NCBI GenBank assembly: GCA_003023745.1
Contig: PXYV01000020.1
Location: forward strand, 3,219 to 67,218
Origin: Sulfobacillus acidophilus
GTDB lineage: Bacteria; Bacillota; Sulfobacillia; Sulfobacillales; Sulfobacillaceae
DNA length: 64,000 nucleotides
Direction of reading: 5' to 3'
Part shown: positions 29,222 to 38,486 of the stretch, piece after piece
How the letters are laid out: every line of letters begins with the position of its first letter
How positions within the stretch are numbered: the stretch's first letter is position 1
Notes under the pieces: generated by a model
Seen by the model: only the letters and a program-made list of their open reading frames with translations
What the model was told of the DNA's origin: nothing
Databases searched by the model: none
Position numbers and translations under genes: made by a program

Positions 29222-30121
29222 GTGAGCGACCGGACGCGCTATGGCTGGCTCAAGCTTTTGACCATATTGGGCCCGACGGTTTTTGTCAGTGTCGGCGAAT
29301 ACGTGCGGCAGGTCTATTTGCGCCATCATTTTTCACCACCAGTGGTCAGCGCAATCGTGATTGGCACCACGGTAGTGGGTGCCGTGTGGTTCTCTTGGTT
29401 TGTGTTTCGGGCAGTGGAACGTATTGAACAAGAGCGCCGGACCTACAAAGAGGCGTTGTTGGCATTGACGGAGCGCGAACGGATTGCGCGCGAGATGCAC
29501 GATGGGGTGGCCCAAAATCTAGCAGTCTTGAAATTGGAAACCTATCGGTTGAAATCGCTGGCTGCCAGCGATGGGTCCATGGTGCAAGATGAATTGGAGA
29601 CCATTGACAAACTGATTAACCAAACCTATTTAGAGGTACGCCAGACCCTTTACGACTTGCGGGCTAGTCAGCGCTTGGAAGAGGGATTCTGGCCCACGAT
29701 TCAACGCCAATTGCAGGAGTTTGAGCGCCAGACGGGCATCCTGGCACAATTGGATCCGCCTGATCCGCTGGAGGAGCCCTGGGATGCGTTGGCGTCGATG
29801 CAGATTTTGCGGATTGTGCAAGAAGCGTTGGCCAATGTTCGCAAACACGCGCAGGCCACCACCGTGAAGGTGTGCTATGTCCGCCTAAAAGACCGGATTC
29901 GGCTGGCCGTGGCCGACGACGGCAAAGGGTTTTTGGTCTCCGCGTCGGGGTCGCCGGCCAATCACTATGGCCTACAAGTCATGCAAGAACGCGCTGAAGC
30001 CATTGGCGCAAAAATCTCGATCGAAAGTTGGCCCGGGCAAGGCACGACGATTACCTTGACCGTTCCGGTGGAAAGGAGGGGACTAAGCGATGGAAAAGGC
30101 GCGGCTCATGTTGGTGGATGA
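29222..30121 (+). CDS. Sensor histidine kinase (HisKA_3, NarX/LiaS type) with two TMs
   Basis: ERERIAREMHDGVAQ, QEALANVRKHA, DDGKGF, GLQVMQERA. Confidence 0.92.
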   Translation: MSDRTRYGWLKLLTILGPTVFVSVGEYVRQVYLRHHFSPPVVSAIVIGTTVVGAVWFSWFVFRAVERIEQERRTYKEALLALTERERIAREMHDGVAQNLAVLKLETYRLKSLAASDGSMVQDELETIDKLINQTYLEVRQTLYDLRASQRLEEGFWPTIQRQLQEFERQTGILAQLDPPDPLEEPWDALASMQILRIVQEALANVRKHAQATTVKVCYVRLKDRIRLAVADDGKGFLVSASGSPANHYGLQVMQERAEAIGAKISIESWPGQGTTITLTVPVERRGLSDGKGAAHVGG

Positions 30122-30746
30122 TCATGCGCTGTTTCGTTCAGCGCTGGCGACGCTTATTGCGGGGCAGGATGACATGGAAATTGTCGCCCAAGCCGATAGT
30201 GGGAAATCGGCCCTGTCTCTGGCACAGGAGCAAATGCCGGATTTGATTTTGATGGATATCAACATGGCGGATGGCGACGGGCTCGAGGCCACGCGCATGA
30301 TTAAACAGCAGCTGCCTTACGTGAAGGTGTGCATGCTGACAGCCAGCGATGACGATGACTTATTGTTTGAAGCAATTCGGTCGGGGGCCCAGGGATATTT
30401 AATTAAGCACATGAATCCAGATGAGTTTGTACGAGAATTGAGGCGTCAACTGCACGGGGAACCGGTCATATCGGAAGACGTGGCTGCCAAAATTGTGCGG
30501 GCCGTGGCATCTCGATCCAAGGCCACGACGGATAGCCAGGTCTTGTCAAGCTTTACGCCGCGGGAAGTGGAAGTGTTAAAGTTGGTCGGGCAAGGGCTAT
30601 CCAACCGCGAAATTGCGAATCAGTTAGCGATTGCGGAGAACACCGTCAAGAACCACCTGCGCAATATTTTGCAAAAGCTGCACTTCGACAATCGTGTCCA
30701 AGCCGCGGCCTATGCCATCCGCAACGGGCTCGTCGAGGATTCCTGA
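30090..30746 (+). CDS. NarL/LuxR-family response regulator
   Basis: LVDDH, LMDINM, TPREVEVL, SNREIA, TVKNHLRNILQKL. Confidence 0.94.
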   Translation: MEKARLMLVDDHALFRSALATLIAGQDDMEIVAQADSGKSALSLAQEQMPDLILMDINMADGDGLEATRMIKQQLPYVKVCMLTASDDDDLLFEAIRSGAQGYLIKHMNPDEFVRELRRQLHGEPVISEDVAAKIVRAVASRSKATTDSQVLSSFTPREVEVLKLVGQGLSNREIANQLAIAENTVKNHLRNILQKLHFDNRVQAAAYAIRNGLVEDS

Positions 30747-30762
30747 GAGGAGGGGCAGTCGG

Positions 30763-31515
30763 ATGTACGATCGGGAAATGAGTTTGACGGAACATCTGAC
30801 TGAACTTCGGCGTCGGCTGATAGTTGTTGTGGTGACGGTAGGCATCTTGTTTTTAGGTGGATTTTACCCGTCCCGACCGGTTTTGCACTGGTTGGTAGTG
30901 CGTGCCCATGTTAAGCACATTATTGTGATTGGTGTGCCCGAGGCTTTTTTCGCCCTGATTAAAGTGGATCTCATGCTATCGCTGGTGGTGGCGTCGCCGG
31001 TAATTCTCTATGAGGTGGCTGCATTCGTGCTGCCGGGATTGACGGATGTGGAGCGCCGGGTTGTGGGGCTGGTGGTAGGGCCCGGGTTGGCCTTGTTTAT
31101 GGGCGGAATGGCGGCGGGGTTTTTCGTCTTTGTGCCGCTTGTGCTTCACGTCATGTTGACCTTCGTGGGTCCAGGGGTTGGTGAATACTGGACGCTCACC
31201 AATTATTTAAACTTCATTACTTACCTCACCATTCCCTTTGGTTTTTTGGCGGAATTGCCGTTGATATCAGGCATCTTAGCTCATTTGGGACTTATTTCGC
31301 CCGCCATGTTTCGTCGCTACCGCCGTTACGCGATTGTCATCTCATTTCTCATTGCCGCGATTATTGCCCCGCCTGATGCGTTGTCGATGCTGGTGATTGG
31401 CTCGGCCATCTACCTCGTTTATGAAGCGAGCTATGTGGTGGCACGCATTTTTCACCGGCGGGCACGTGAAATGGAGACGGCGGTGTCCGGCACCCCGGGG
31501 AGCGGTTCGCAATGA
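30763..31515 (+). CDS. tatC: Twin-arginine translocase subunit TatC
   Basis: EMSLTEHLTELRRRL, FVLPGL, FLAELP, APPDALS; ATG 30763 behind GAGGAGG. Confidence 0.92.
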   Translation: MYDREMSLTEHLTELRRRLIVVVVTVGILFLGGFYPSRPVLHWLVVRAHVKHIIVIGVPEAFFALIKVDLMLSLVVASPVILYEVAAFVLPGLTDVERRVVGLVVGPGLALFMGGMAAGFFVFVPLVLHVMLTFVGPGVGEYWTLTNYLNFITYLTIPFGFLAELPLISGILAHLGLISPAMFRRYRRYAIVISFLIAAIIAPPDALSMLVIGSAIYLVYEASYVVARIFHRRAREMETAVSGTPGSGSQ

Positions 31516-31733
31516 CGCTGGCAGACGTCCGCGTGGGACAAAAGGTAAGAGTTGTCGCGATTGAGCACACCAGCCAAGCAGCCGAGGTGATTCGGCTAGG
31601 CATAATACCCGGTTTAGATCTCGCAGTGGTGACGAAGGTGCGCTCCGGTCCGGTGGTGGTTCAAAACGGCGTGAGCGAGGTAGCCATCGGCTATCGCTTG
31701 GCACGGCGTATTGTCGTTCAGCGGGTGGAGTAG
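31512..31733 (+). CDS. feoA: FeoA domain protein
   Basis: MTLAD..VG, RLGIIPG, GPVVV, EVAIG..LARRIVV; ATGA overlap with tatC. Confidence 0.88.
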   Translation: MTLADVRVGQKVRVVAIEHTSQAAEVIRLGIIPGLDLAVVTKVRSGPVVVQNGVSEVAIGYRLARRIVVQRVE

Positions 31734-31826
31734 CAATCGTTTCCGCACAATCCTAATACTTGCACTTGGCAAGGATTTTTGTATGGATATACTGGTAAGT
31801 AGCCGAAACGGGAAGGAGGATCCAGT

Positions 31827-33821
31827 GTGGGCATCAATCAGCTCTTATTTATACTGGTCTTTATCTTTGCCCTGCTGTGGTTCGGACTATTAGTACAAGA
31901 AAAATGGAGTTATGTGCTGTTGGGTCAGCCCGCGGATCGCAGTCAAAACCGGGCGGCACGGTGGCGAGGTGTCGCGACCTATGTGTTTGGCCAAAAACGA
32001 CTATTTAAAGATCGGTACTCGGGTCCGATGCACTTTACGATCTTTTGGGGGTTTCTAATCTTAACCATTGGATCCGTCATTTTTCTAATTCGCGGAATTT
32101 TTCCCAGCGTGGGCGCGCCGCAGGGGCTTGTGGCGGTCGTACTCAACGTGGCGACCGACGTCATGGCGGTCGCGGTGTTTATTGCGTTGGCGATGGCCGC
32201 TTACAAGCGCTATGTCATACGCCCCAAACGCTTGGTGAGAAACTTTGATGCGCTGGCGGTCCTGATTTTAATCGCAATTGTGGTGTTGGCGGACGTTGCT
32301 ATCGAGGCCTTCGGTTTAGCGGTGTCGCCCCATGCCGCATGGGCGCCTTTAGGCAGCCCAATCGGCCACTGGCTTCGCGGATTGGGCCCGTCTATTGATC
32401 ACACCGGGTTAGTCGTCGCGGATTGGGTGAAATTGCTCTCCCTCATGGGATTTTTGGTGTACTTGCCGTATTCGAAGCATTTTCATCTGTTCGTTGCTCC
32501 CGTCAATATCTATCACCGCAATTTGGATCCGTTAGGGCGGCTGCCCACCTTGGATCTCGAGGATGAAGACGCCGAGTCGTTCGGGGTGGGGCAGGTCACA
32601 GACATTGAATGGGCGGGGCTGCTGGATGCCTATGCGTGTGTGCAGTGCGGGCGTTGTACGGAGCAATGTCCAGCTAATTATACGGGTAAACATCTATCGC
32701 CTAAACAAATCATGGTGGATTTGCGCCACCAATTGGAGACGGTGGGCCCCATTTTGCAAAAGCCGGCGTCATTGCGGACAGCGGCTGAGCGTGAACTATT
32801 GGAAGTGCCCATGGCGGGAGGAGTAACGCCCGAAGAGGATTTGTGGGCCTGCACCACATGTGGGGCCTGTGTGGAGGCTTGTCCGGTCTTTGACGAACAC
32901 GTCGTGAAGATTGTGGGGATGCGGCGGCATCTGGTGCTGACCCAGGGGGAGATGCCGGATGAAGCCCAAATGTTTTTTAAGAATGTCGAAAACGCCGGCA
33001 ATCCTTGGGGCTTGGGGCTGGATAAACGGCAAGAGTTTGCGCAGAGCATGGGCATCAAAGATTTGTCGCGGGGTGACCGCGCCGAGGTATTGTACTGGAT
33101 GGGATGTGCCGCTACTTATGATGATCGTGCGCGGAAGGTGGCGCAGGCTACCGTCGAGCTGATGAAGCAAGCCGGTGTGGATGTTGGGGTGCTGGGGGCG
33201 AGCGAGACCTGTAACGGTGAATCGGCACGCCGGATGGGCAACGAGTACCTGTTCCAGACGTTAGCTCAGCAAAATGTGCAAACGCTGAATGACGTTGGCG
33301 TCAAAACGATTGTGACCACATGTCCGCACTGTTTTAATACGTTGAAAAACGAATACCCAGTGTTTGGCGGCGACTATGAGGTGATGCATCATAGTGAATT
33401 TTTGTCTCGGTTAGTGCAGGAGGGGCGCCTTGTCGCACACAATGCCGAAACCACGGCGACCGTGACCTACCACGACTCGTGTTACCTAGGACGCTACAAC
33501 AATATTTTCGACCAGCCTCGCGATGTGCTGACGGCGGTGCCGGGCCTGGAACTGCGAGAAATGAGCAAGAGCCGGGAACAGAGTTTTTGCTGTGGAGCGG
33601 GCGGAGGCCGCATGTGGATGGAAGAAAAGGTGGGCAAGAAGATTAATCAGGCGCGGACGGAACAAGCTTTGGCCACTGGTGCCGAGATTATTGCAACGGC
33701 TTGCCCGTTTTGCCTGACGATGATGCGTGATGGGGTGCAGTCGTTAGGGGCTGACAATCGGGTGACAGTGAAGGACTTTTCGGAGATTCTGGCGGAAAAC
33801 GTGTTGCCGATGGTACCGTAA
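31827..33821 (+). CDS. fadF: Membrane Fe-S oxidoreductase, FadF/HdrED-like (TM + 4Fe-4S dicluster + 2 CCG domains)
   Basis: YLPYSKHFH, CVQCGRCTEQCP, CTTCGACVEACP, CPHC, YHDSCYLGR, CCGAGGG, ACPFC. Confidence 0.88.
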   Translation: MGINQLLFILVFIFALLWFGLLVQEKWSYVLLGQPADRSQNRAARWRGVATYVFGQKRLFKDRYSGPMHFTIFWGFLILTIGSVIFLIRGIFPSVGAPQGLVAVVLNVATDVMAVAVFIALAMAAYKRYVIRPKRLVRNFDALAVLILIAIVVLADVAIEAFGLAVSPHAAWAPLGSPIGHWLRGLGPSIDHTGLVVADWVKLLSLMGFLVYLPYSKHFHLFVAPVNIYHRNLDPLGRLPTLDLEDEDAESFGVGQVTDIEWAGLLDAYACVQCGRCTEQCPANYTGKHLSPKQIMVDLRHQLETVGPILQKPASLRTAAERELLEVPMAGGVTPEEDLWACTTCGACVEACPVFDEHVVKIVGMRRHLVLTQGEMPDEAQMFFKNVENAGNPWGLGLDKRQEFAQSMGIKDLSRGDRAEVLYWMGCAATYDDRARKVAQATVELMKQAGVDVGVLGASETCNGESARRMGNEYLFQTLAQQNVQTLNDVGVKTIVTTCPHCFNTLKNEYPVFGGDYEVMHHSEFLSRLVQEGRLVAHNAETTATVTYHDSCYLGRYNNIFDQPRDVLTAVPGLELREMSKSREQSFCCGAGGGRMWMEEKVGKKINQARTEQALATGAEIIATACPFCLTMMRDGVQSLGADNRVTVKDFSEILAENVLPMVP

Positions 33822-33919
33822 GTCCAACGCAGCGAAGGCCGCGTGCGTAGGGGTTCACGTCACCAGGTCGTGGTTGTCTTGTGTTAGTTAGAATCGTTCG
33901 ACATCACATGTCTTAACGG

Positions 33920-33949
33920 TTGACCGAACATCATTTGCGAGAGTAGGAT
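33920..33949 (+). promoter_or_regulatory. sigma-A-type promoter of the coiled-coil gene
   Basis: TTGACC-18 bp-TAGGAT. Confidence 0.45.
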
Positions 33950-33986
33950 GCTATCAAATGGATGGCGATCGACCAGGAGTGATGTT

Positions 33987-34421
33987 ATGGGCGAGCAAGC
34001 TGGCAATGCCGCCACTGATATTCCGTGGTTGCTGTTAAGTAACCAGTTGGCAGTTCTCAATAGCCGGTTCGACGACGTCAACGCGCGGTTTGACGATGTG
34101 AACGCCCGTTTGGACGATGTGAACGCCCGTTTGGACGATGTGAATGCGCGGTTTGATGACGTCAACGCGCGGTTCGATGATGTGAATGCCCGGTTCGATG
34201 ACGTGAATGCACGGTTTGAAACTATGAATGCTCGCTTTGATGTGGTGCAGGCGCGCATTGACGATGTTAACGCAAATCTGTCGCGTCGCGCGGATGAAGT
34301 TGAGCAACGCATGGACCGATGGGATAGCCAGCTGGCGAATCGCACGAGTGTGTGGGCCACGGTTTTTACTGGAGTGTTCAGTGCTATTTTAGGCTATATC
34401 CTGGGTCGAACCCGCCTTTAA
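33987..34421 (+). CDS. Heptad-repeat coiled-coil protein with C-terminal membrane anchor
   Basis: About 10 copies of (F/L)DDVNAR followed by WATVFTGVFSAILGYILG; ATG 33987 behind AGGAG. Confidence 0.8.
   Translation: MGEQAGNAATDIPWLLLSNQLAVLNSRFDDVNARFDDVNARLDDVNARLDDVNARFDDVNARFDDVNARFDDVNARFETMNARFDVVQARIDDVNANLSRRADEVEQRMDRWDSQLANRTSVWATVFTGVFSAILGYILGRTRL
34068..34277 (+). repeat. 21-bp tandem repeat (about 10 units, 7 near-identical in protein)
   Basis: Units such as TTC GAC GAC GTC AAC GCG CGG / TTG GAC GAT GTG AAC GCC CGT differ mostly at third codon positions. Confidence 0.92.
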
Positions 34422-34461
34422 CAGTGCCGTTTCAGTGGTCTTCGCAAATTTCACCAGAAAC

Positions 34462-35421
34462 TCAGCGAACAAGATCCGATTGCAAAAGCTGGTCTACGCC
34501 GACATTCGGGCGACCTTGGGCCTGTCGGTTCCAAGGGCGGTGCGCGCGATTAGCAAAGTGGCCGAAGCCTACAAGCGGGACAAAACGGTGCCACCGACGT
34601 TTCGCCCGCACGGGGCCATCGTATACGATCCCCGCATCCTGTCGTGGAAAGGATTGGATCGGGTCTCGATCCTGACCGTGGACGGTCGGCAACTCATCCC
34701 CGTCGTCCTGGATGGATCCCATCGGGCACGGATGGATCGCATCCGGGGCCCAGCCGATCTGCTGTATCGGGACGGTCAGTTCTTCTTGGCGGTCATCGTC
34801 GATGTCTCCGAACCGCCGCCCCTCGCGCCTGATGATTGGTTGGGCGGGGATCTCGGGATTGTGAACAGCGCCGCCGGTTCGGATGGCCGAACCTACTCAG
34901 GCGGCCAAGTCAATGGGTTGCGCAAGTGCCAGGAAAGAAAGGCACGAAATCCGCGAAGCGGCGGCTGCAGAAGCGCCGCAAGAAAGAACACCGCTTTGCC
35001 GCGAATGAAAACTACCCCATTGCCAAACAGTGGGTGACGACAGCCCAAGACACAAGGCGCGGGATTGGTTTGGAAGACTTGACGGGTATCCGCGCCCGGA
35101 TCACGGTTCAAAAGGCGCAGCGGCGGCGCCAGCACAGTTGGGCATTTGATCAACTGCGGCAGTTGATTGTGTACAAAGCGAACAGGGCCGGTGTACCGGT
35201 CGCCTGGGTCAATCCACGCAATACGCCGCGGACGTGTCCGCAATGCGGATTGATCGATCAACGCTACCGTACGACTCAAGCCGCCTTTTGGTGCATCGGC
35301 TGCGGGTTCGCTGGCCCCCGCCGACACCATCGCTGCGGGCAACATTGCCCGTAGGGCTGCCGTCAACCAGCCAGACGCGGGGTCTGCCACCGAGCAGGCA
35401 CCTATAAGCTCCGCCCTTTAG
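34462..35421 (+). pseudogene. tnpB: TnpB (IS200/IS605 RNA-guided nuclease), 5'-truncated and frameshifted
   Basis: GGDLGIVN (RuvC-I), LEDLTGIR (RuvC-II), CPQCG/CIGCG zinc finger and ADTIAAGNI (RuvC-III) are split by frameshifts near 34930 and 35318; N-terminal HTH missing. Confidence 0.9.
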
Positions 35422-35436
35422 GGCGGGGTCGTTGAC
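34462..35436 (+). mobile_element. IS200/IS605-family remnant with intact right end
   Basis: tnpB relic followed by the subterminal hairpin CTCCGCCC-TTTA-GGGCGGGG and GTTGAC; no tnpA or left end seen. Confidence 0.8.
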
Positions 35437-35440
35437 ACGG

Positions 35441-35468
35441 TCAAGAGGCCACAACCTCTTGATTTTTT
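35441..35468 (+). terminator. Rho-independent terminator
   Basis: TCAAGAGG-CCACAA-CCTCTTGA followed by TTTTTT. Confidence 0.7.
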
Positions 35469-35792
35469 AGTGCGCCCGATTCGATATGGCATGCTTTAGG
35501 AGAAATTCCATATGGGATGACCGTTCCAACCGCGGGTCAAGCTTTGGCACGTTTTCTGAAATTGTAACACACGGACACATTGACGTCTCAATGAAGCACA
35601 TCGACCGAACGGTCCGTGTCGTGGTGTGAAAGAACGCCAGTATGTCATCCACCCCTCCGCGGAAGGCAATGATTGCGTTACGCAAACAATATGTAAAAAA
35701 TTGTGGCATGGCAAAAGAGGTGGTTGCTGGGATCGCCGCGAAAGGAAATTAGAATGGCGAACTAGAGCGCCTAAATAGAGAGTGGGGATATC

Positions 35793-36548
35793 ATGGCGGA
35801 TTCACACCCAATTGCGTATGCCCTGACCGCAGCGCTCGAGTCTCGCCGACTGACGACGGTGTTTCAGCCAATTTGGAAGGCCAATGGTGAGTGTTGGGGG
35901 TTTGAAGCCCTGTCGCGCTTTCCGAACGGCAGTCCGCCAGATGCCGTGTGGGCGTTAGCCTATCGCCAGGGGCTGGCTGCACGACTGGATCGCTTAGCCT
36001 TGACGGTTGCGGTAGAGACGAGCCAAGCGATCAAGGGCTGCTTGTTTTTAAATGTTAGCCCTTCTTGCTTTCAAGAGGTTGAATTTCTAGCGCAACTAGG
36101 TGATCCTGACCACATTGTTTGGGAATTGACGGAAAGTGACACGTTGTGCGGTAAAGATATCGAAGGCCTGCGCCAATTGCAGGCGCGGGGCTACAGCATC
36201 GCCATGGACGACGCTGGTTCGGGATATTCGACGCTTGAACGTTTGGACACGGTCCAACCGAATATCGTGAAAGTGGACAGGCCGCTGGTGAATGCCTGGG
36301 CCCGGGGAGAAGTGGCGCCCTTGCGGCGTTGGGTACAAGCGGCGCAAAGAATTGGGGCAATTGTGGTTGCCGAAGGCGTGGAGGAGTCCCGATGGGTCGT
36401 GCCTTTGGCCGACGAAGGGGTGCAGGCCATGCAGGGCTATGCTTTGGGAGGGCCTATGAAAGCTGAGCACTGGGTTGATCGCATTGAGTCGGAATATTCG
36501 CCTAATTCTGGGGGGGGGGGAATATCTACCATTTTTGCTAGGAAATAA
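35793..36548 (+). CDS. Stand-alone EAL-domain c-di-GMP phosphodiesterase
   Basis: FQPI, EALSR, FLNVSP, ELTE, DDAGSGYS, VKVDR, AEGVE, QGY all present. Confidence 0.9.
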   Translation: MADSHPIAYALTAALESRRLTTVFQPIWKANGECWGFEALSRFPNGSPPDAVWALAYRQGLAARLDRLALTVAVETSQAIKGCLFLNVSPSCFQEVEFLAQLGDPDHIVWELTESDTLCGKDIEGLRQLQARGYSIAMDDAGSGYSTLERLDTVQPNIVKVDRPLVNAWARGEVAPLRRWVQAAQRIGAIVVAEGVEESRWVVPLADEGVQAMQGYALGGPMKAEHWVDRIESEYSPNSGGGGISTIFARK

Positions 36549-36743
36549 GCTCTGAGAGAGTCGGATGGCGTGATGCGGCGGTGCACCGAAACAACCATGC
36601 TGCTTTCTCGCGAATCTCACGGCATCAAACGCGACGGATAGACGCGGCGTTTTGGGGCAGCGAACCATCCCTTGCTTGATGTGCATGCGGGAGCTGCTCA
36701 GGATGGCGGCTCTAGCCGGGCGATTGCTATTAGTGGTCCTGGT

Positions 36744-38486
36744 TTAGTTTTCTTCGCGCAAAACCCGCTTTAAAACCTTGCCCGCCGCACTGACGGGCAA
36801 ACTGTCCACCCACTGCACTTCGCGAAGTCGCTTGTACGGGGCCAAATCCTGATTGACAAACTGTAAGAGGTCCTCGACCGAAATGGACACCCCTGGTCGG
36901 CGTACGACAAAGGCCTTGGGGATCTCTCCCACTTCTAGCACCGGTTTTCCGACCACGGCAGCCGACAGGACGCCGGGATGTTGGAACAGCCGCTCTTCGA
37001 GTTCGCGCGGATAGACATTGTACCCTTTGTAAATCAGTATATCTTTTTGGCGATCGACGATGGCGACGTAGCCGTCATTGTCGAGTACAGCGACATCGCC
37101 AGTCCGGAGCCAACCATTTCGTAAGACACCCGTGGTTTCGTCAGGCCGGCGGTGGTAGCCTTGCATCAGCTGCGGTCCAGAGATTAAGAGTTCACCTGCC
37201 TCTCCCGGAGGAAGAGCCGGGGCGGTCGGATCGTCCAGCGGCACCACCTGACACGCGGTGTCAAACAGAGGAATGCCGACTGTCCCGACTTTTCTCACAC
37301 CGCCATACCAGGACGGGTTACTCAGCGCCACCATGGTGACTTCCGTCAGCCCATACGCTTCAACGACCAACGCTTGGGGCAAGCGGTCCTCCAAGTGGTG
37401 AATGATCTCCACCGCAAGCGGGGAGGCACCGGACGCAATGCCGCGCACGGTGGACAAATCGCGGCGTGTCCAATCAGGATGGCGGACCAAGGCGACAAAT
37501 ATCGGGGGCGCGCCGCCCAGCGACGTGACACGATACCGCTCGGCGTCTTCCAAATAGGCGCCGGGATCAAAACGGCTGTGCAGTATCATTGTCGTGCCGT
37601 ATAAGATTTGCACGTTAAGATATCCGATAATCCCCATGGCGTGAAACCACGGAGTCAAATTGATTAGACTACCCCGGCCCGGTTGTACGGTGTAGCGGTC
37701 ATTTGCCGCAGTGACAGGCAGCATTAAGCCTCCAGACTCAACGCGCGGCAATAGTCCCGTTTGCCACACCGCAACTTGGAGCACGTTGGCGACCACATTA
37801 AAATGGGTCAACGCCACACCTTTCGAACGTCCTGTCGTGCCTCCTGTATAGGCCAAGTGGGCCAAAGCCCGACTGGGATCCAGGGCAGGCTCTTGTTCTC
37901 GGGCTTCACCACGTTGGATGGCTTCGGCAAAGGAAATCCAGGCGAGGGAAGACGACGGCTGAGGTATTCCGGCAGAGCCCCAAGGGTGATCGGCGGCGAA
38001 AGGGCTGTTGGACAGGGCCGCATCACCATTGCCCGTGACAATGCTCCACTGGACACTGCTTTGACGCACGGCTTGTTCGACGACCGAGGCGACTTTGTCA
38101 TGCATGATAACACCGCGCGCTTGCGCGTCGTTGAGTTGATACGCCATGTCGGCCGCGGAAAGAAGCGGATTGACGGGCGAAAAGACCGCTCCGGCTAACA
38201 AAATACCGTAATAAGCGACGGCAAATTGCGGGCAATTGGGCATGACGACAGCGACGACGTCTCCGGTCTGCACCCCCAAACGCTTAATTGTATCGGCAAA
38301 GCGCAAAGCAGCCTCGTAGAGCTGCGCAAACGTCCAGGTCGTGCCTGCGTCAATCAGGGCTGGGCGGTTGGCAAAGATGCTGGCACTGCCTTTGAGAATG
38401 GCTGAGACTGGAATGCGCGGATAGCTGAGCGTAAGAGGCATATTCGGCGGCCAGAACGTTTCAACGGTTTGTGGTGTGACAATCAC
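36744..38486 (-). CDS. Long-chain fatty-acid-CoA ligase (LcfB/FadD-like)
   Basis: YTGGTTGRSKG, YGLTE, WLRTGD, YKGYNVYPRELEE, LPVSAAGKVLKR; GTG 38486 behind GGAGGG. Confidence 0.9.
   Translation of the reverse strand: MIVTPQTVETFWPPNMPLTLSYPRIPVSAILKGSASIFANRPALIDAGTTWTFAQLYEAALRFADTIKRLGVQTGDVVAVVMPNCPQFAVAYYGILLAGAVFSPVNPLLSAADMAYQLNDAQARGVIMHDKVASVVEQAVRQSSVQWSIVTGNGDAALSNSPFAADHPWGSAGIPQPSSSLAWISFAEAIQRGEAREQEPALDPSRALAHLAYTGGTTGRSKGVALTHFNVVANVLQVAVWQTGLLPRVESGGLMLPVTAANDRYTVQPGRGSLINLTPWFHAMGIIGYLNVQILYGTTMILHSRFDPGAYLEDAERYRVTSLGGAPPIFVALVRHPDWTRRDLSTVRGIASGASPLAVEIIHHLEDRLPQALVVEAYGLTEVTMVALSNPSWYGGVRKVGTVGIPLFDTACQVVPLDDPTAPALPPGEAGELLISGPQLMQGYHRRPDETTGVLRNGWLRTGDVAVLDNDGYVAIVDRQKDILIYKGYNVYPRELEERLFQHPGVLSAAVVGKPVLEVGEIPKAFVVRRPGVSISVEDLLQFVNQDLAPYKRLREVQWVDSLPVSAAGKVLKRVLREEN

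Noticed and set aside
34068-34277. CRISPR array or DGR-type repeat
   Set aside because: Units are contiguous, in frame and spacerless, and vary at synonymous positions; no cas or reverse transcriptase gene in the window.
33884-34360. Antisense repeat ORF (RAFTSSN)n
   Set aside because: Mirror of the + strand gene, which has the promoter, RBS, heptad pattern and TM anchor.
34435-35354. Active TnpB/Cas12f or a domesticated TldR protein
   Set aside because: N-terminus missing, two frameshifts and an apparent internal deletion; the catalytic residues are retained rather than substituted.
35690-35792. c-di-GMP riboswitch upstream of the EAL gene
   Set aside because: GGCAAA and GAAA words are present, but I could not build the class I or II stems.
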